DNA of 41,293 bases, taken from NCBI GenBank assembly GCA_002269645.1, contig NIVC01003451.1:1-41293 (forward strand), given 5' to 3'. Within the stretch, counting starts at the first letter, position 1. Every line of letters begins with the position of its first letter. This stretch comes from Macrostomum lignano (taxonomy: Eukaryota). This document shows, one piece after another, positions 12,601-25,650 of the stretch. The translations under genes and the position numbers were made by a program. The notes beneath the pieces were generated by a model. That model worked only from the letters and a program-made list of their open reading frames with translations. It ran no database searches and had not been told where the DNA came from.

Positions 12601-15600
12601 GGGCTAGCGGCTGAAGCCATTGAAGGCCGGTCAAACAACTCTGATTCTACGCAGAAACTGGAGAGATGAATTCAATTGAAGCTGGGCTAGCGGCTGAAGC
12701 CATTGAAGGCCGGTCAAACAACTCTGATTCGACGCAGAAACTGGAGAGATGAATTCAATTGAAGCTGGGCTAGCGGCTGAAGCCATTGAAGGCCGGTCAA
12801 ACAACTCTGATTCTACGCAGAAACTGGAGAGATGAATTCAATTGAAGCTGGGCTAGCGGCTGAAGCCATTGAAGGCCGGTCAAACAACTCTGATTCTACG
12901 CAGAAACTGGAGAGATGAATTCAATTGAAGCTGGGCTAGCGGCTGAAGCCATTGAAGGCCGGTCAAACAACTCTGATTCTACGCAGAAACTGGAGAGATG
13001 AATTCAATTGAAGCTGGGCTAGCGGCTGAAGCCATTGAAGGCCGGTCAAACAACTCTGATTCTACGCAGAAACTGGAGAGATGAATTCAATTGAAGCTGG
13101 GCTAGCGGCTGAAGCCATTGAAGGCCGGTCAAACAACTCTGATTCTACGCAGAAACTGGAGAGATGAATTCAATTGAAGCTGGGCTAGCGGCTGAAGCCA
13201 TTGAAGGCCGGTCAAACAACTCTGATTCTACGCAGAAACTGGAGAGATGAATTCAATTGAAGCTGGGCTAGCGGCTGAAGCCATTGAAGGCCGGTCAAAC
13301 AACTCTGATTCTACGCAGAAACTGGAGAGATGAATTCAATTGAAGCTGGGCTAGCGGCTGAAGCCATTGAAGGCCGGTCAAACAACTCTGATTCGACGCA
13401 GAAACTGGAGAGATGAATTCAATTGAAGCTGGGCTAGCGGCTGAAGCCATTGAAGGCCGGTCAAACAACTCTGATTCTACGCAGAAACTGGAGAGATGAA
13501 TTCAATTGAAGCTGGGCTAGCGGCTGAAGCCATTGAAGGCCGGTCAAACAACTCTGATTCTACGCAGAAACTGGAGAGATGAATTCAATTGAAGCTGGGC
13601 TAGCGGCTGAAGCCATTGAAGGCCGGTCAAACAACTCTGATTCTACGCAGAAACTGGAGAGATGAATTCAATTGAAGCTGGGCTAGCGGCTGAAGCCATT
13701 GAAGGCCGGTCAAACAACTCTGATTCTACGCAGAAACTGGAGAGATGAATTCAATTGAAGCTGGGCTAGCGGCTGAAGCCATTGAAGGCCGGTCAAACAA
13801 CTCTGATTCTACGCAGAAACTGGAGAGATGAATTCAATTGAAGCTGGGCTAGCGGCTCAAGCCATTGAAGGCCGGTCAAACAACTCTGATTCTACGCAGA
13901 AACTGGAGAGATGAATTCAATTGAAGCTGGGCTAGCGGCTGAAGCCATTGAAGGCCGGTCAAACAACTCTGATTCGACGCAGAAACTGGAGAGATGAATT
14001 CAATTGAAGCTGGGCTAGCGGCTGAAGCCATTGAAGGCCGGTCAAACAACTCTGATTCTACGCAGAAACTGGAGAGATGAATTCAATTGAAGCTGGGCTA
14101 GCGGCTGAAGCCATTGAAGGCCGGTCAAACAACTCTGATTCGACGCAGAAACTGGAGAGATGAATTCAATTGAAGCTGGGCTAGCGGCTGAAGCCATTGA
14201 AGGCCGGTCAAACAACTCTGATTCTACGCAGAAACTGGAGAGATGAATTCAATTGAAGCTGGGCTAGCGGCTGAAGCCATTGAAGGCCGGTCAAACAACT
14301 CTGATTCGACGCAGAAACTGGAGAGATGAATTCAATTGAAGCTGGGCTAGCGGCTGAAGCCATTGAAGGCCGGTCAAACAACTCTGATTCTACGCAGAAA
14401 CTGGAGAGATGAATTCAATTGAAGCTGGGCTAGCGGCTGAAGCCATTGAAGGCCGGTCAAACAACTCTGATTCTACGCAGAAACTGGAGAGATGAATTCA
14501 ATTGAAGCTGGGCTAGCGGCTGAAGCCATTGAAGGCCGGTCAAACAACTCTGATTCTACGCAGAAACTGGAGAGATGAATTCAATTGAAGCTGGGCTAGC
14601 GGCTGAAGCCATTGAAGGCCGGTCAAACAACTCTGATTCTACGCAGAAACTGGAGAGATGAATTCAATTGAAGCTGGGCTAGCGGCTGAAGCCATTGAAG
14701 GCCGGTCAAACAACTCTGATTCTACGCAGAAACTGGAGAGATGAATTCAATTGAAGCTGGGCTAGCGGCTGAAGCCATTGAAGGCCGGTCAAACAACTCT
14801 GATTCTACGCAGAAACTGGAGAGATGAATTCAATTGAAGCTGGGCTAGCGGCTGAAGCCATTGAAGGCCGGTCAAACAACTCTGATTCTACGCAGAAACT
14901 GGAGAGATGAATTCAATTGAAGCTGGGCTAGCGGCTGAAGCCATTGAAGGCCGGTCAAACAACTCTGATTCTACGCAGAAACTGGAGAGATGAATTCAAT
15001 TGAAGCTGGGCTAGCGGCTGAAGCCATTGAAGGCCGGTCAAACAACTCTGATTCTACGCAGAAACTGGAGAGATGAATTCAATTGAAGCTGGGCTAGCGG
15101 CTGAAGCCATTGAAGGCCGGTCAAACAACTCTGATTCGACGCAGAAACTGGAGAGATGAATTCAATTGAAGCTGGGCTAGCGGCTGAAGCCATTGAAGGC
15201 CGGTCAAACAACTCTGATTCTACGCAGAAACTGGAGAGATGAATTCAATTGAAGCTGGGCTAGCGGCTGAAGCCATTGAAGGCCGGTCAAACAACTCTGA
15301 TTCTACGCAGAAACTGGAGAGATGAATTCAATTGAAGCTGGGCTAGCGGCTGAAGCCATTGAAGGCCGGTCAAACAACTCTGATTCTACGCAGAAACTGG
15401 AGAGATGAATTCAATTGAAGCTGGGCTAGCGGCTGAAGCCATTGAAGGCCGGTCAAACAACTCTGATTCTACGCAGAAACTGGAGAGATGAATTCAATTG
15501 AAGCTGGGCTAGCGGCTCAAGCCATTGAAGGCCGGTCAAACAACTCTGATTCTACGCAGAAACTGGAGAGATGAATTCAATTGAAGCTGGGCTAGCGGCT

Positions 15601-16175
15601 GAAGCCATTGAAGGCCGGTCAAACAACTCTGATTCTACGCAGAAACTGGAGAGATGAATTCAATTGAAGCTGGGCTAGCGGCTGAAGCCATTGAAGGCCG
15701 GTCAAACAACTCTGATTCTACGCAGAAACTGGAGAGATGAATTCAATTGAAGCTGGGCTAGCGGCTGAAGCCATTGAAGGCCGGTCAAACAACTCTGATT
15801 CTACGCAGAAACTGGAGAGATGAATTCAATTGAAGCTGGGCTAGCGGCTGAAGCCATTGAAGGCCGGTCAAACAACTCTGATTCTACGCAGAAACTGGAG
15901 AGATGAATTCAATTGAAGCTGGGCTAGCGGCTGAAGCCATTGAAGGCCGGTCAAACAACTCTGATTCTACGCAGAAACTGGAGAGATGAATTCAATTGAA
16001 GCTGGGCTAGCGGCTGAAGCCATTGAAGGCCGGTCAAACAACTCTGATTCTACGCAGAAACTGGAGAGATGAATTCAATTGAAGCTGGGCTAGCGGCTGA
16101 AGCCATTGAAGGCCGGTCAAACAACTCTGATTCTACGCAGAAACTGGAGAGATGAATTCAATTGAAGCTGGGCTA
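9619..16175. repeat. Tandem array of an 83-bp unit, 79 copies
   Basis: Unit is GCGGCTGAAGCCATTGAAGGCCGGTCAAACAACTCTGATTCTACGCAGAAACTGGAGAGATGAATTCAATTGAAGCTGGGCTA, and 6557 bp = 79 x 83. I saw only two SNP types (T42G, G7C). It lies in Shal intron 1. Confidence 0.99.
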
Positions 16176-17346
16176 ACTGCACCATACTTGACAAGTGCAT
16201 CATAAAATTCTTCACCACACCTATACTAGACAAGAGCAGTATTCCATCATGCATGCGTGTCGGTCAGGGCAGCTGGAAAAATCCTGGACAGACAGGAGGC
16301 GTCTTGTAAATAATTCGCACTGACCAAATCAGACGGTGTGGAGAGGCCAGGCTTAGCCTATTTTACTAGAAGCTCACCTCGCGCCCGCATGTAATGGAAA
16401 AATCTAGACCTGGATTTCTAGCGGCTGTCAGGCGCCTAAGGTTTGTTTGTTTGTTTGATCAGTAACTATTTCACACCAGTAGAGCAGTGACAAGTGCACA
16501 AGCTTTACTATTTAATATACATAGTAATATTGAACCTGATTTATCATACTCTTGTGTATGATTTCAAAACTGCACTCGCCGTAAGTTCTGCGCCTGCTCA
16601 ACCTATCGATTAAATTGATGACCAACAAGGTTAATTAATCTGTTTGACACGATAAATAAGTGACCAGGATAAGCAGGGTCGATTAACAAAAGACTCATTG
16701 CTTTTACAATGAATAATGCAGCTTCAGCTCTAGTCTGCAAGTACACTGAACCAAATTTGTACAAATATAGGGCGGACCAAGCGCTCACTCAGCACCAGGG
16801 GAGAGGTCGAGAAAAGACTGTTTGAACGAGGGCTGGCCTAGAAAAAAAGCACACGAACTCATTAAACTATCCGGCCTTCACTGGCCGCTTGCATCAATTC
16901 ATTAATCGACTGCGAGCCAAGATGAATTTGCACGGCACAAACAGCAAATCTATGCAGGCTTTAGTCAAGCTCAGTCAGCAGCAGGCTTCTACTAAGCATT
17001 CTTCAGACCCCAAAAAACTGCACCCTATCCCAAAAAGAGGAGCGGAGACCTAGTAAATTATGCATCTATCCACACTGTGTACGAAGTGGTTCCACTTCAA
17101 TAGGTGCTGATAAATTTATTGAGCGCAAAAATTGCAGTAGCAAAGCCAATGCATTAGCAAAATAATGGCTGAAAATTTAGAATAACATTTACGATGGTAG
17201 ACGAAGCTGAAGCTAATAGATTAGAAATGAAAGACAGAAAATAATCCCGTTTGGTACTTCACAAATTGGATATTTAGAACAAGAATAGAACAAGAATTTT
17301 GCGATTTTATCTATTCATATTAAAAACAATTTTAGCACATACTCAC

Positions 17347-18451
17347 CCCAGCGTCGTCATGGTGACTATAGTGTACCAGAAGGCCGCTGGTATTGATACA
17401 AAGCCTGTTTTAGGTTGATTCTTCTCTGCATAATACATCACGGTAGCGAAGATGATGACTGCCATTGTCATGGAGAACAATAGGAAACCAAGTTCAGAAG
17501 CGCACGACTTCAAAGTGTAGCCCAGAATTCGAAGTCCCATGGAGTGCCTGGAAAACTTGAAGATGCGAAACACTCGAAAAACCCTTAGCGTGACGAAAGC
17601 TCCGCTCAGGTCCTTATTATCCGGCATGAACAGTCCGATATAATAAGGCAGGATAGCCACGATATCGATGACGCTCATCACTGCGCGCAGATGCTTCAGC
17701 CGCTGGGGGCCGCGTACAGCCTGGCCAGGTATTCCACAGTGAAGATGAGCACGCAGGCCGTGTCCAAGCAGAAGAATGCCACTGAGAAGCGGTCTCCGCA
17801 TGCCGGACTCAAATTAGTGCCGGGCTCAACTCCGCACGGGATGGTCTCAAACACGTTAGCGAGAACGGATACGGCAATGAAGAAGCCCGTCACGTAGTAA
17901 ACAACCAATGCTACCGTCGAAGACTGGGGATTCTCGAACGCGCGCCAGAGCTTCTCCCTAGGCGTGCTGTGCGGCATGGCGTTCTCGGCATCGGAGTCCT
18001 TGTCGTCAAACAGGCGCTCGTTATTCTCCCGCTTGCGATCCCTGTAGTCCTCGTAGCAACAGTCGCCCATGATGTCCGGCATGATGCCGAAGAAGGCCAG
18101 CTCCTCATCGTAGGCCATGATGCACTCATTCTTGGGATAGTGCAGCCTGCCGGTGCGGTAGTAGGCCAGGATGTGGCGGAACAGGTCCGGGTCTCGGTCG
18201 AAGAAGTACTGCTTGCTGTCCTCATCGTAGAAGTACTCCTTCTCATCGCTGCCGAGCAGAGTGTCCGGGAACTTCTCCAGCGTGTTGCGCCAAGTGACAA
18301 ACTTGCGCCCGGAGACGCTGATGACCAGCTTCTCGTCCGATTTGTGATCCTCATCTCGCAGCGGGGGCGGCGGCATCGGGCCCTGGGCCACCGGCACCCA
18401 GCCTATGGCCGCCGCCCTGGCAAAGGGAAGCCACGCAGCCACGGCGGCCAT
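17347..18451 (-). CDS. Shal: Shal/Kv4 voltage-gated K+ channel exon 1 (N-terminus, T1, S1-S5, pore), with a 1-bp deletion near 17705
   Basis: Contains the [18 protein letters not shown] KChIP-binding N-terminus and a T1 domain with the HX5CX20CC Zn motif. S4 reads [15 protein letters not shown], followed by [13 protein letters not shown] and TMTTLG|GTGAGT. Adding one C to the C5 run joins ORFs 17696-18451 and 17343-17801 as [14 protein letters not shown]. Confidence 0.97.
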
Positions 18452-18614
18452 ATTTCATTTAACACGCTGCTTTGAAGATTATCAAACTGTTAACTATCAA
18501 AAGGTAACCTTGACGCAATGTGTGTATCTGGGCGGCGGCAGCGCTGAGGACTACGGGTGACGAGGCCCAGCAGGACAACAGAAGGTCCGCAGTCCGACCG
18601 TGCCAGTCGGCGTT

Positions 18615-18655
18615 TACCAATGACCGTTGCCGCCCGCTGAAATGATTGGTTAAAA
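18615..18655 (-). promoter_or_regulatory. Candidate Shal proximal promoter: CCAAT boxes and a GC box
   Basis: AACCAATCA and GGGCGG on the minus strand, plus an opposite-strand CCAAT at ~18617, about 170-200 bp upstream of the ATG. These are motif matches only. Confidence 0.3.
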
Positions 18656-18955
18656 TCATTCCTAATATAGTATATACTTCAATATTCGCGCCATACTACC
18701 AATAGAAACTATATAATATAATTACCGTCAGAAAACAAATCCAAGAAAAGAATGCCAATTTTACACCGAGCGAGTTCAATTTAATGCTTGAACCAGACTG
18801 CCAAAGCGCGGAATACACGCACCGTTTTTATCCCCATTCTTTATACTTTCTTCCCAACCCCCCTCAGCTAACCAACAACTCATCTCCCTTCTCTGGCACT
18901 TCTCTTGCTATGCGGGCGTCACAGACTAAGAAAGGCAAGGACAGAGAGGAATAAG

Positions 18956-19196
18956 GAAAGCAGGCAGAGGTTGGTGAGGGGATAGAAATGCAACGAGCGA
19001 GAGCGACGAGGATGGAGCTGCAGAAGGCCACGCAGAAGGGATGGGACTGGGAGGGGGAAGAGGGTGGATAGAAGTGGAAAATGGGTAGAGTTGGGACAAC
19101 ACTGGCAATGCTACTGTCGTCGAATAAGAAATTTTCCTATTGCTGTCCATCTTGCGCTTTTATATGAAATCTTTATTGACACTACAGTTTTTGCAT
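18956..19196. repeat. ~241-bp repeat, copy 1 (inverted partner of 26602-26843)
   Basis: Its reverse complement is nearly identical to 26602-26843. It contains the G4-type motif GGGATGGGACTGGGAGGGGGAAGAGGG (19038-19064). Confidence 0.9.
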
Positions 19197-19356
19197 ATGC
19201 GCATTACATTACTGTAAAAGTGAGTAATATAAGAAAAAGTATTAACGCATTTCTTGTTTTTTTCAGCGAAAAACCTGAAATAAACATTATTAAACGAAAC
19301 CACCATTTGGACCTCGGATATTTACTTTCCTATGGGCCGTTAAGTAACCGAAAACA

Positions 19357-20751
19357 CCGGGTGGCGCATAAGTAACCGAAAAAGTTTAAACTTAATAACT
19401 ATCGCATACATAGAGGCACGTTAATGAAACTAACAGCCTTGAAAGTTCTCAAGTTGGCAATAATCATACTGGCTAAATCGAGTTCTAAATTTGAGCGCTA
19501 ATTTTTTGAGTTCTAAATCTGACATTTCGCTCATGTCAGAACAGGTGCTTGACGAAATGGCTTGTAAAAGCAGCCTGAAGTGTAAAGTATCTTCGATTTT
19601 TTATCGCGTCTTCGTACGAAAGTACCCACAGCCTCGTTGTTGTGCAACGAAAATTCTGAGCCCAGTTTGTACTGAATGCCAAACTACCTACAAGATCCAC
19701 TATTCTGGCTATTCACAGCAAAGTTGTGGAAACAGGGAACCTTCATGACAAACAGTGAAGCGGATGGTCTGTGTCTACGAGAACAACGGATGCGGTCGCT
19801 GCAGTGCTGACTGCCTACGATGATAACCAAACAATGTCAACACGCCATGCGTCTGTGGAACTCGGAATGTCACGGAGATCTGTCTAAAGAATCCTTCATG
19901 GAGAGGGCCTTAACCCCTAAAAACTACAAATGCTGCAGGAAATCAGCAAGATTGCATTGATCGCCTATCGTTTTGCGAAAAGATGCTGCAGGCCATTCGT
20001 GAGGATGAAATTCTTCTGTCACACGTCATCTGGACTGATGAGGCGCATTTTCATCTCAGCGGAAAAGTTAACAGGCACAACTGCAGATACTGGTCGTAGG
20101 ATAATCCCTATCATACAATGAGTAGCCCCATGCATTTCGCGAAGACCACAGCGGCGGCATCATCGGCCCATTCTTTGACAAGACTGTCACTGGCCAGTCT
20201 TACCTAGCAATGCTCAAGGAACAACTGCTTCCGATGCTACAGAGAATGCCCCAGTTCAGAGCTAGTCGACTTTGGTTCATGCAAGATGGTGCCCCGCCAC
20301 ACTGGGCTTCTGGTATGCGCGACTGGCTGAAAAACATCTTTGGCAAGCAGTGTATTGACCGAGGAGGACCCATGCGCTGGCCTTCTCGAAGCACTGACCT
20401 CACACCATGCGACTTCTACTGGTGGGGTGATCTGAAACGACGAGTATAAGTTCGCCAGATGGTCTCCATTCAGGAGCCGAAGCAGCAGGTTGTCTCTGCT
20501 ATCGGTACTGCACCACACCTTCAGACTGCTGTTACAACTTACAAGCCATTTCGTCAAGTGCCTAGAGTTCTGCTGTGAGAAAATGGTGCTCATATTGAGA
20601 AATCGATTTAGTCTGGTTATTGACAACTTAGAAACTTTTATACTGCAAAAAAGTTCTTATCATGTGTTCTTTAAGACTGTTGAGTTTCGTTAACATGGCT
20701 CTATATATGTGATAGTTTTTTTAATTTTTTAATTACTTATGTGCTATCTGG
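19357..20751 (+). mobile_element. Tc1/mariner DD41D (rosa/visitor-type) transposon, transposase decayed
   Basis: WTDEAHFHLSGKVNRHNCRYWS* at ~20031 and WFMQDGAPPH...WPSRSTDLTPCDF, with 41 residues between the second and third Asp. About 90-bp imperfect TIRs (19357-19445 and 20665-20751), with TA at 20752. Confidence 0.88.
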
Positions 20752-23329
20752 TAAGATTTACTGTGCAATATTGTATCATAGGTGCCTGGGTTTTTTGCTT
20801 TGGCCCAGTTGACAGACTACCATAGTTTGACTGAATTTTCAGCTCCCCCTCCAGCTAGGTGCCCTAGAAAGGTACCAGCTGGCGTTGAGACTTGCATAAG
20901 CACATAGTATTTGTGGATTGGTAACAATGAATAGCTCATCTTAAGCTTGAAAATATTCTTTTAACAATAAAAATAATTATAAATATTTAATAATTGTTTC
21001 ACATTGGTACAAAACCAAGTTCCAACCACAGATGCTAGAATAACTAGATAGGCCACTTAGCACATTGCATTTAAACCACTCTTAGTTCAGTAGTAAGTTA
21101 AGCAAAAGCATTATAATGTATTTTTAGGCCAATGCTCATTTATTGGCTCTTAATCCCCCTAGCTTAAACACTCCAAATGTGCCTTTCCACAATACCTCCA
21201 CATCCCAATTTTTATTGCCTTCTTGGAATTCTAGTCTAAAGCAATTATGCACATTTTAATGGACTGGCTAATGTACATTATTGCTGAATCAATTAGCTAG
21301 TTCTTTAAATGCCTACAAGCTTAGGCTTCTAAACTTATCAAAGTAATTTCAGCTGCCTTTTTTCTTATAAAATAGCTTATGCATTCTTTTTTGCTACTAA
21401 ACTAAAAGTATAAAGCTGTTTTACTAAGTATACTATATATGCCTGACTGGCTAATCTATTTGTAGTCCAAACTAACTACTAAATATTAAATATTGGATAT
21501 AAATGCTTAGAAAGAGCTGAAATATAGCAACAACTGAAAGCTACAATATGCAATATAGTGTCAGAGCATATTGTATATGTGCATCATTATGTGTATCATT
21601 ACTTAGAATATGAAATATATCATTTATTATATTGTAAAATTAATCTTAAACAATGCCTAGCATTATAAATGCAATGCAAATACAAATGAGTACAATACAA
21701 AAAGTAGGCATTTTAGAATATTCTAAACATATAAAGAACTTATATATGCTTCATGCTGAACATTAAAAACATTAATAATTAAGAAAAATTCTTCTAATAA
21801 GATTACCTGAATTGCTATTTTTAAGAAAAATATACAGATTTCATAATTGAATAGTCTAAAATTTTATTTGCCAAAATTCATTTAACCATTGGCATTTTTG
21901 CAAACAAAAAATTAAAACAAAATTAGGTAGCATATTAAATAATTTTCACCTATCTAGACAAGTCTCAAAACTAAATTGCATTTTCAGTCAAAACTAAAAT
22001 AGTAATTTCTACATTTCAAAGGTTAAATATATAGTATAGTCAAATAAATACTCAATTTGAGCCCAAATGAGTCAATCAAATAACTGAAGTTTTTTATTTG
22101 ACTTGACCAAACATTTGGACTAAAAATTCTTGTCAATTAGTTTTTTGAATACTTATATAATATGCATATAAAACTGAAAAAGTCTCAAGTTTAAAGAGAG
22201 AAACAATCTATGTACTTAGAAGCTTAGAACTTTAAAAATTTTTTAATAGTTTGTATCTATTAACTTATATTATTTGTTAAGCATTTTAAAAACAATGACA
22301 GAGACAAAACTATGAAAACATGCATGCAGTATAAAGTATGAGCTATGAAATTAATTATTTAAAAATAATCACAATTCTTATATATTGATTAAAAAACTTG
22401 ATATTGAACTTTACTTAAACTACTCAACTTATCAAAAACTCAACCAAGTAGTCAACTTATCCAACATCTAAGCTTGGTTAGACTCTAATATATAGTATAG
22501 ACTATTTGAATGAATAGGCTACTTTTATTTGAATAAAAATAACTAAATATCTAAAGTTTAAAATGCTATTTAAAAGACTAATAGCCAAAATCCCTATTAG
22601 AATAAATGTTGAAAACCTGTGGATGCACACTATAAAACAGTCATTATTTTACTGTGCTTTAGCATTATTAGAGATATTCCAAAATAGCACTTTCTGTTGA
22701 AATTGAAATTTCTTCCAAAATCAAGTCTATTAACTTGGACATTAACTTCCAAAATCAAAATTTAGAAAAACAAAGTTAAATATGACCAACACTCACTTTT
22801 TACTTTTGATTTACTGCTTATGCAAAACAAAATACATGTATATGTAGCAGAAATTGGTTTTTTAGCCACTTTTGGAAAATTGAAATTGAATTCTGTAATA
22901 TCTCTAAAGCATTATAAATTACGAGTGTATAGGCCCTTTCCACAGAGGTATTAGGCCCCCTTCAATGTATATTTATTTGCTAGAGTAGCAGCCAACAGAA
23001 AATAGCAGCACACACATAAGCACCTGGGCATGCACTATGCTTTAGAAAAATTTCAAAAGTGTGCCAGCTGCCATCTACAATTTTACAACTTTTTCCTATA
23101 GGGACCAAAATGACTTTATAAAAATAAGGGGTCAACTAGTTTGCTAGAGAAAAAAAGAGATAGAACTCTTATTGTTAGAATTCTATTCAATCAAATCTAT
23201 CAGCTAAATCTCATGACCTAAATCCTATCTTTTAAATCATCTCCAAATCTTCTATAAAACTTCCCAAATAGCAAATACAATATCTTATTTGCCCTATTTG
23301 CAATTTTTTTTGCCATGCTCCATAACAAA

Positions 23330-24070
23330 CTAAGACTCTCCTGTCTCCTCTTTGCTTTTCTATCTTTGCTTTTTTCCTTTGTTATCTCTTTTCTCCTTTT
23401 TTTCTTTCCTCTACTTTTTATCTTTTCTTATCTCACTCCTCTCTGCTTTCTCATAACTGCTCTTTACTCTTTACTTAACTGATCTTTTTACTCTCCTCTG
23501 TCCTCTTTTCTCTTTTACCACACTACTCTTTCATCTCTTTCTTTTCCCCTTTTCCTCTTTTTTCCTTTCTCTTGTCTCTTTCTACACTCTTATCTTTTAT
23601 CTTTACTCTCTTATCTATCATCTGCTATTCTTTTCTCCATCCTCTTTTATCTCCATTTTCTTCTTTTCTCACTTTTCTCTTTCCTTTTAACTTCTCATTT
23701 CTTCTCTTGTCTCTATCTCTTTAATACAAATTAGAATAAATTTATGTTAAATGTTAAGATTTGAGACAAGCATTGATCTGATTAGTTTAGCATGTAGAAT
23801 ATTAGGAAATGTTTGTATAAAGCATAAGATTGGCAAACTTTGGCTTCTGGCTCTGCCTTTCTCTATGTCCCTTAGGTCTTTCAAGACTAATTTGCTCTCT
23901 CCTTATTCTTCCTATTCCTATTCTCTTTTTTCTCTCACCCTCTCTTTTCTCTAATCTCTAATCTCTTATCTTTCCTTTTTTCTCTATTGTCTCTGGTCTT
24001 TTATCTTTTTGTCTACTTTTTTCTCTCCAATTTTTTTCTTTTTTTCTTCTTTGAAATCTACTTTCTTCTA
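23330..24070. repeat. Long polypyrimidine (C/T) low-complexity tract
   Basis: About 700 bp dominated by CT/TTC/CTT motifs on the + strand, with a short AT-rich interruption at ~23720-23850. Confidence 0.8.
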
Positions 24071-25580
24071 TCATCCTATATACTAAAAATTTTTCTTCTA
24101 GATTTAAGTTTGGCTAGATTCCTTTGAATGTTCCAATTTTTTGGTATATGGGCATACCCTGGGTATATACCATAGTCTTGAATATGCATAGTACATACAA
24201 GATTTTTTGCCTTGCATAGTATATGAGGTTTGGATTGAATCTACTAAGACCAAGGAATATTACAACAATTGCTCTAGCAGTAGTGTATTATGGGATTTCT
24301 TGAGTTTTTTCTATTCTAAAGTAGGCATGTGCACTTTAAAATTTTTAATTAAACCTTGAAATTGAAGAAGTGGATTAGTGATAGATCCAAATATTTAGAT
24401 TTGAATCCAAATCCAAAAAGTCTCACTTTTTTTAGAAGTCTAAATGTTTCAGATTTCTTAAATTATATTTTCCAAATTTCCAATTGTGCTTCCGAATATG
24501 AAAAAATCAAAAAACCAAAACAACATTATGCTAATGTAAAAGAAATATAACTTTAAAAAAGAAAGTCAATTAAAAAACAAGAATGCAAAATTTTATGTAA
24601 TATTGTTTGTTTTGACAATTGTCTATTTTTTCAGTAACATATTATTAAAAAGTGTTAATAAGTAAAATTACTTAACTTTGGGACCTTTGAAGCATTTTCA
24701 ACTTAAAGTTGCAGAAACTTACTCTAGATCATGTAATACATGCCTAAAAATTTAAGCATGCATTGGACTTGGATGTCAAAAATAGGCATGCACAATTGGT
24801 ATATATCACTCTTAAAAATGTCTGTGCACACCTAGTATATACTTTATAAAATCATGCAAGAGAGTTATTGTAAAGTACAAAAAATATTCAAAAGTTCATT
24901 TTAAATATAAATTTCAAGCTTTCTAGGTTTTTTAAAGCTTGTAATAAAGCATTTAAAGTAATAAAGCATATAAAAAGGTCATTTATTGACATTGTCACAA
25001 TATCAGTGTAGCTTTAAGAATAGGTATGCACTTAATTTTTTGGCATGCATTTGAAGTTATTCAACTTCTGTTTAGGCATACATATGCACCTAGCATAATC
25101 CAGACTATGGCCTAAGCCTTAAAATTACACTTTTAAATTAGGTATACGTAAGGTAAAATTTGGCAAATTGTCTCTGGCATAAAGATGAAACCTAGATAAG
25201 CATATTAAACATTAGGCCCCTATTTTTAGGCTTTTGTAGTAATACCAATAGGCCTATGCCTTAATTGCCATTTTTGACTTAAAAATTGGCTTAAACCAAA
25301 GTGGACAAGGGCCTATATGGTCTATCTTTAGGCCTACTTTGATAATACCCTAGGCCTAGGACAGGAGGCATCGGCTTAGTCAAACTTTTTTTAATTAGTA
25401 GTTAGGGGGCCTGCCTAGCCTTAGATTTCAGATCATTTTAGATCTTAGTTCATTCTAGCCTCAAATTTGCCAAATGGCAAAATGATTCAAGAATTTGATA
25501 AAGTTTATCAACTATATAGACATAGGCCAAGTCCTAGTGAGTAGTGATTAATTAGGGAGTCTAATCATAGGGCCTAAGTT

Positions 25581-25650
25581 CAGGGGCATAGGCATAGGAA
25601 GGGGGATAGGGGGGTGTATCCCCCATAGGAAATTCCTGGCTATGCCCTGT
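25581..25650. repeat. Mini inverted-repeat element
   Basis: CAGGGGCATAG...CTATGCCCTG around G-run/C-run tracts. It looks like a GGCGTAG...CTACGCC hairpin with both CpGs deaminated. Confidence 0.4.

Noticed and set aside
9619-16175. CRISPR array, tRNA array or hammerhead satellite
   Set aside because: There are no unique spacers. I found no cloverleaf, acceptor stem or proper B-box, and no CUGANGA core paired with GAAA on either strand (CTGATTC and CTGAAGC do not fit).
17691-18475. Plus-strand and alternative-frame ORFs overlapping Shal exon 1
   Set aside because: Shadow ORFs from GC-rich codon usage.
18459-18659. 66-codon upstream ORF before Shal
   Set aside because: Its ATG lies at or upstream of the candidate promoter motifs, so it is probably not in the transcript; the TSS is unknown.
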